NCBI GenBank assembly: GCA_024704765.1
Contig: JAKMXF010000099.1
Span: 382,432 to 446,431 of the forward strand
Reading direction: 5' to 3'
DNA: 64,000 bases
Origin: Oopsacas minuta
Lineage: Eukaryota > Animalia > Porifera
The translations under genes were made by a program, and so were the position numbers. The notes beneath the pieces were generated by a model. It did not search any database, was not told the origin of the DNA, and saw only the letters and a program-made list of their open reading frames with translations. Positions 60,961 to 64,000 of the stretch are shown piece after piece; the first letter of the stretch is position 1; every line of letters begins with the position of its first letter.

Positions 60961-62599
60961 TAATTTGTAAGATTATTTTGATAAAGAATAATTACTTAAT
61001 TATCAAAATTGATGAGCCATTTCTCAGGTCATCAAAAAATCTTATTCCTTATTTTGGATGACATCGGATCTAACCTCAATCTATGCTTTTGAGGATAAAT
61101 AAGTATCTTAAAAGTGTCTATTATGTTCTTTATTCCAAACTTTATGAAATATTTCACTGTCTAATTATCTTGCTGCAATATTATGGTTGCCTTTCTACCT
61201 GGAAACGAGAAATTTTCCAAAATTTCCTCTAGATTAATACTACTTTTGACTCTGATCGGTTCTAAATTTACTAAAGTTTATATCCATAAATATCATTTTC
61301 GAAAAGTTATCTCAAATCAGGCAAAATTTTAGAAATTCTACTCTTACAAAAATCTTTACTTTTCTTATTATTCCTTTACCATCGATTTACTATAAATTTC
61401 GCAAATGTAGCTAATGTGTACATGCCTATTTCCACTTAACTGTTCATTTTTCACTCTATGCAAACATTTACGAGCTTAAGCATGCCTGTCTTGTATAAAG
61501 TTAAGTAACTAATTTTCCAACAGAAAATTGTGGTCACTCTTATATTTGACATAATTCTTATAGATAGATCCATTGGAACATCATTTTGCTTATGTCGTAT
61601 GATGCCAGTTGCCCACTATCACATTTCTTGCCTTCAGATCTTATTGTCAGATCTTAGGCTTAAGTCCAACATTATTCTCTCGCCAGGCTGTATTAAGTCT
61701 TCATTACAAGAGTTCATCAATCTTTTTCCACTTCTGAAAGTACAGAATCTAACAATTAGATTGATTTAGGCGTTTTTTACTACAATATCAGACCTCTCTG
61801 CAATTGAGTGTAATATTCATATTCTCCAGTAATTAACATCCATTTCTAACTAGTCACTACAACTGTATTTGAAGAAATATGGTCGTCCTTATCGTATGTG
61901 TCATGATGCCTTACTGTTTATATATCGCTGGATTCAGATGATATACCTTTATCTCAGTTCAGATTACTAGAGCTTTCTGATTGCAATTCTTTGGTATATT
62001 CATCCGAGATTGTGCTAGAAAGCATTGTTGATGTTTGGAATATAATTATTTTAATTGAGAGTTTCAAGGATTTGATGGCGATGTTAGTAGAAGGACCATA
62101 AAGGAAATTTCTGGAGTAAAGTCTGTTCTTCTTGTGGTTGTTAGTGGTCGTTATAATCTGCGTATTTTAGCTGTTACAGAAGCACACAGAAGTATGCAGG
62201 ACGATACAGAACCATTTCGTATATCCACTGGATACCAAAAGACACTTTTGGTGGGATCAACAACATCAATACTGGAACCAAATATTCTACCTCATTTGTA
62301 AGAAATGTCACTTTTTACATGTATTTCATCTTTGTGGATAATTCATAGGAAACAATAGTTAGAGGCTATGAGTATTACAAATTTATTATTGAGTCCCAAT
62401 AACTGACTCAACAATGAATTTACAATTTCTCTTACGTATAGAATGTGGAAGAGACAGACAAACATGCCCTGAAGATATTTATAACGTTTCAGCGAAATTT
62501 GATATTTCTTAACTGACAAATTTTGTTTAGTATATTATGCTCCCGTGGTGTTTTCGGAACCAAACTATTTGAGCTGACAACTAATAAATTGTAGTCTAA

Positions 62600-63250
62600 G
62601 CACTTCTGGACGATCATACAGTTCCTTATCTGAATCTGACTTTTTAAGGATATCATCTATATAACTTATTGAATGTGATCTTGTGCAGACGCTATACAAA
62701 AGTCATTTGTTCGTTCTTGGTTTCTGCAGCTGATTCCGGCGTTGGAACATTACTTTCATCTTCCTCATTGCTATTTTCTTCCAGGTCACTATCGTCTCTC
62801 AATTATTCTCCCATAATATCTCTAACAATTGATTCTTTGGTTATGCTATCAACATTTCTTATCAGCATCTAGGTAATCCTCCAATTTTAGTTCTGGGTAA
62901 TGTTCTGGTATCTGTATTTCCGTAGCCCCATGAATGCTATTTATCGTGTCGTCAGTTTATAAGAACTTTGTCAATTCAACATATCCAAAACTGTTCTCTA
63001 TACTATGTTGGGGTAACTTTTTCATAAGATTTTTAAAAAAACTATAAATATTGCCTGTAACAAATCGAGGCTGAAACTTCAATTTCTATAGCAACAATTT
63101 TGCTTCGTAAAATTTCTAACTTATAAAGTACTATAGTCTCGAATTCCAATCCCAGGATCCTGAATCTGAATGACAATCATTATCTAAGATCTATGTAAGT
63201 ATTATATGACTGAATCTAGCCAAATTATGTAATGTTCTCCTACAATCGAA
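62600..63250 (-). pseudogene. Possible pogo/Tigger transposase C-terminal remnant
   Basis: Acidic tail DDSDLEENSNEEDESNVPTPESAAE and a decayed QP..G.I..F motif; many stops. Confidence 0.3.
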
Positions 63251-63271
63251 TTTCAGTACAAATCCAAGATA

Positions 63272-63780
63272 CAGTCAATCCGCTTAATCTGGATACATCG
63301 GTTCTAGCTTTTTTGTCCCTATTAAGCGAAGTTCCCATTTAACTGGAGAACTGTTAATTATAGTTTATAGCAGTATTTCTCTGGTGTTTCAGTCTCAGAC
63401 CCCCTAATCAAGTTAAGTACTCTATGTTGCAGCCGTGCCCATCCATAGTGAGAAATTTACCAATCATTTAGTGCCTTCCGAGAACCAATGTTGATAACTA
63501 TCACTAAAATGGAATTTGATTTGTAAGCACTTAGTCCAAATTTTGTCACCATTTATCGAAATATTGTATATATACCTAGTTTATTTGAATTTCTAAAATC
63601 AAGATAACTTTCTTCCTGATTGAGTTACATATTTTCACTTCCTTACCAAACTTTGTCCCAATTCAGCGGAATGCGTCCCGATTAACCGGAAATTTAGTAT
63701 TCACATTAATGGATTCGATTCCATCCCTACAAAGCTATCCCAAATTAAGCACTCTTATCTATTAACCGGTTTCCCGAATA
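63272..63780. mobile_element. pogo/Tigger-like terminal sequences
   Basis: TA-cagtcaatccgcttaatctggatac at 63270; repeated attaaccgg/attaagc subterminal-type motifs at 63330-63770. Confidence 0.35.
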
Positions 63781-64000
63781 GATTTGGAGTAAAGTAAGCT
63801 GCGGATTGTCTTTATGTGAAAATCTCAGGACATCCCTCATGTGTTTTATGACTTATGACGTCACAAATTTCTTTTTGCATTTTGACCAAGGATTTCAAAA
63901 TGTGGAGATGACTACTTCACATTGAACTCATAACTCGAAAAAGAATTTGTAAACGTTGGGCTTATGATTAACATAAAGAGAATTCAAAGAAACACGAGTA

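Overview
AT-rich (roughly one-third GC by eye, not computed), transposon-dominated animal genomic DNA. The TE mix resembles a marine invertebrate such as a sponge or cnidarian; that is inference only. Host coding content is sparse: a STARD9-type START-domain exon (3587-4269 +), an ITCH/WWP-type C2-domain exon (23223-23519 +), a disrupted NUDCD1-like sequence (~59400-60812 -), a few unidentified minus-strand exons (~38100-39000) and a possible kinase fragment. Most of the rest is transposable elements, many with resolvable TIRs and target-site duplications (TSDs): four TIR-bounded mariner (DD34D) elements (one intact), two TIR-bounded Tc1 (DD34E) elements plus older remnants, hAT remnants and hAT-type MITEs with 8-bp and 5-bp TSDs, P-superfamily elements, a Ginger/KRBA2-like remnant, pogo/Tigger-like MITEs and a fragmented Gypsy LTR element. 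Three items stand out. (1) A 2,976-bp Transib-type element (31868-34843) has an intact 674-aa RAG1-like transposase with an apparent nonamer-binding-domain-like segment and CACAGTG termini with asymmetric 10/20-nt spacers, reminiscent of the 12/23 RSS rule. (2) A THAP/P-type element (42024-47001) has ~432-bp TIRs (Galileo-like), and related-ended non-autonomous foldbacks occur elsewhere in the window. (3) Two decayed copies of a locus begin with a WRARIG...GGIEINPGP 2A-like leader upstream of an unidentified ORF. All homology calls are by motif recognition from memory; no searches were run.
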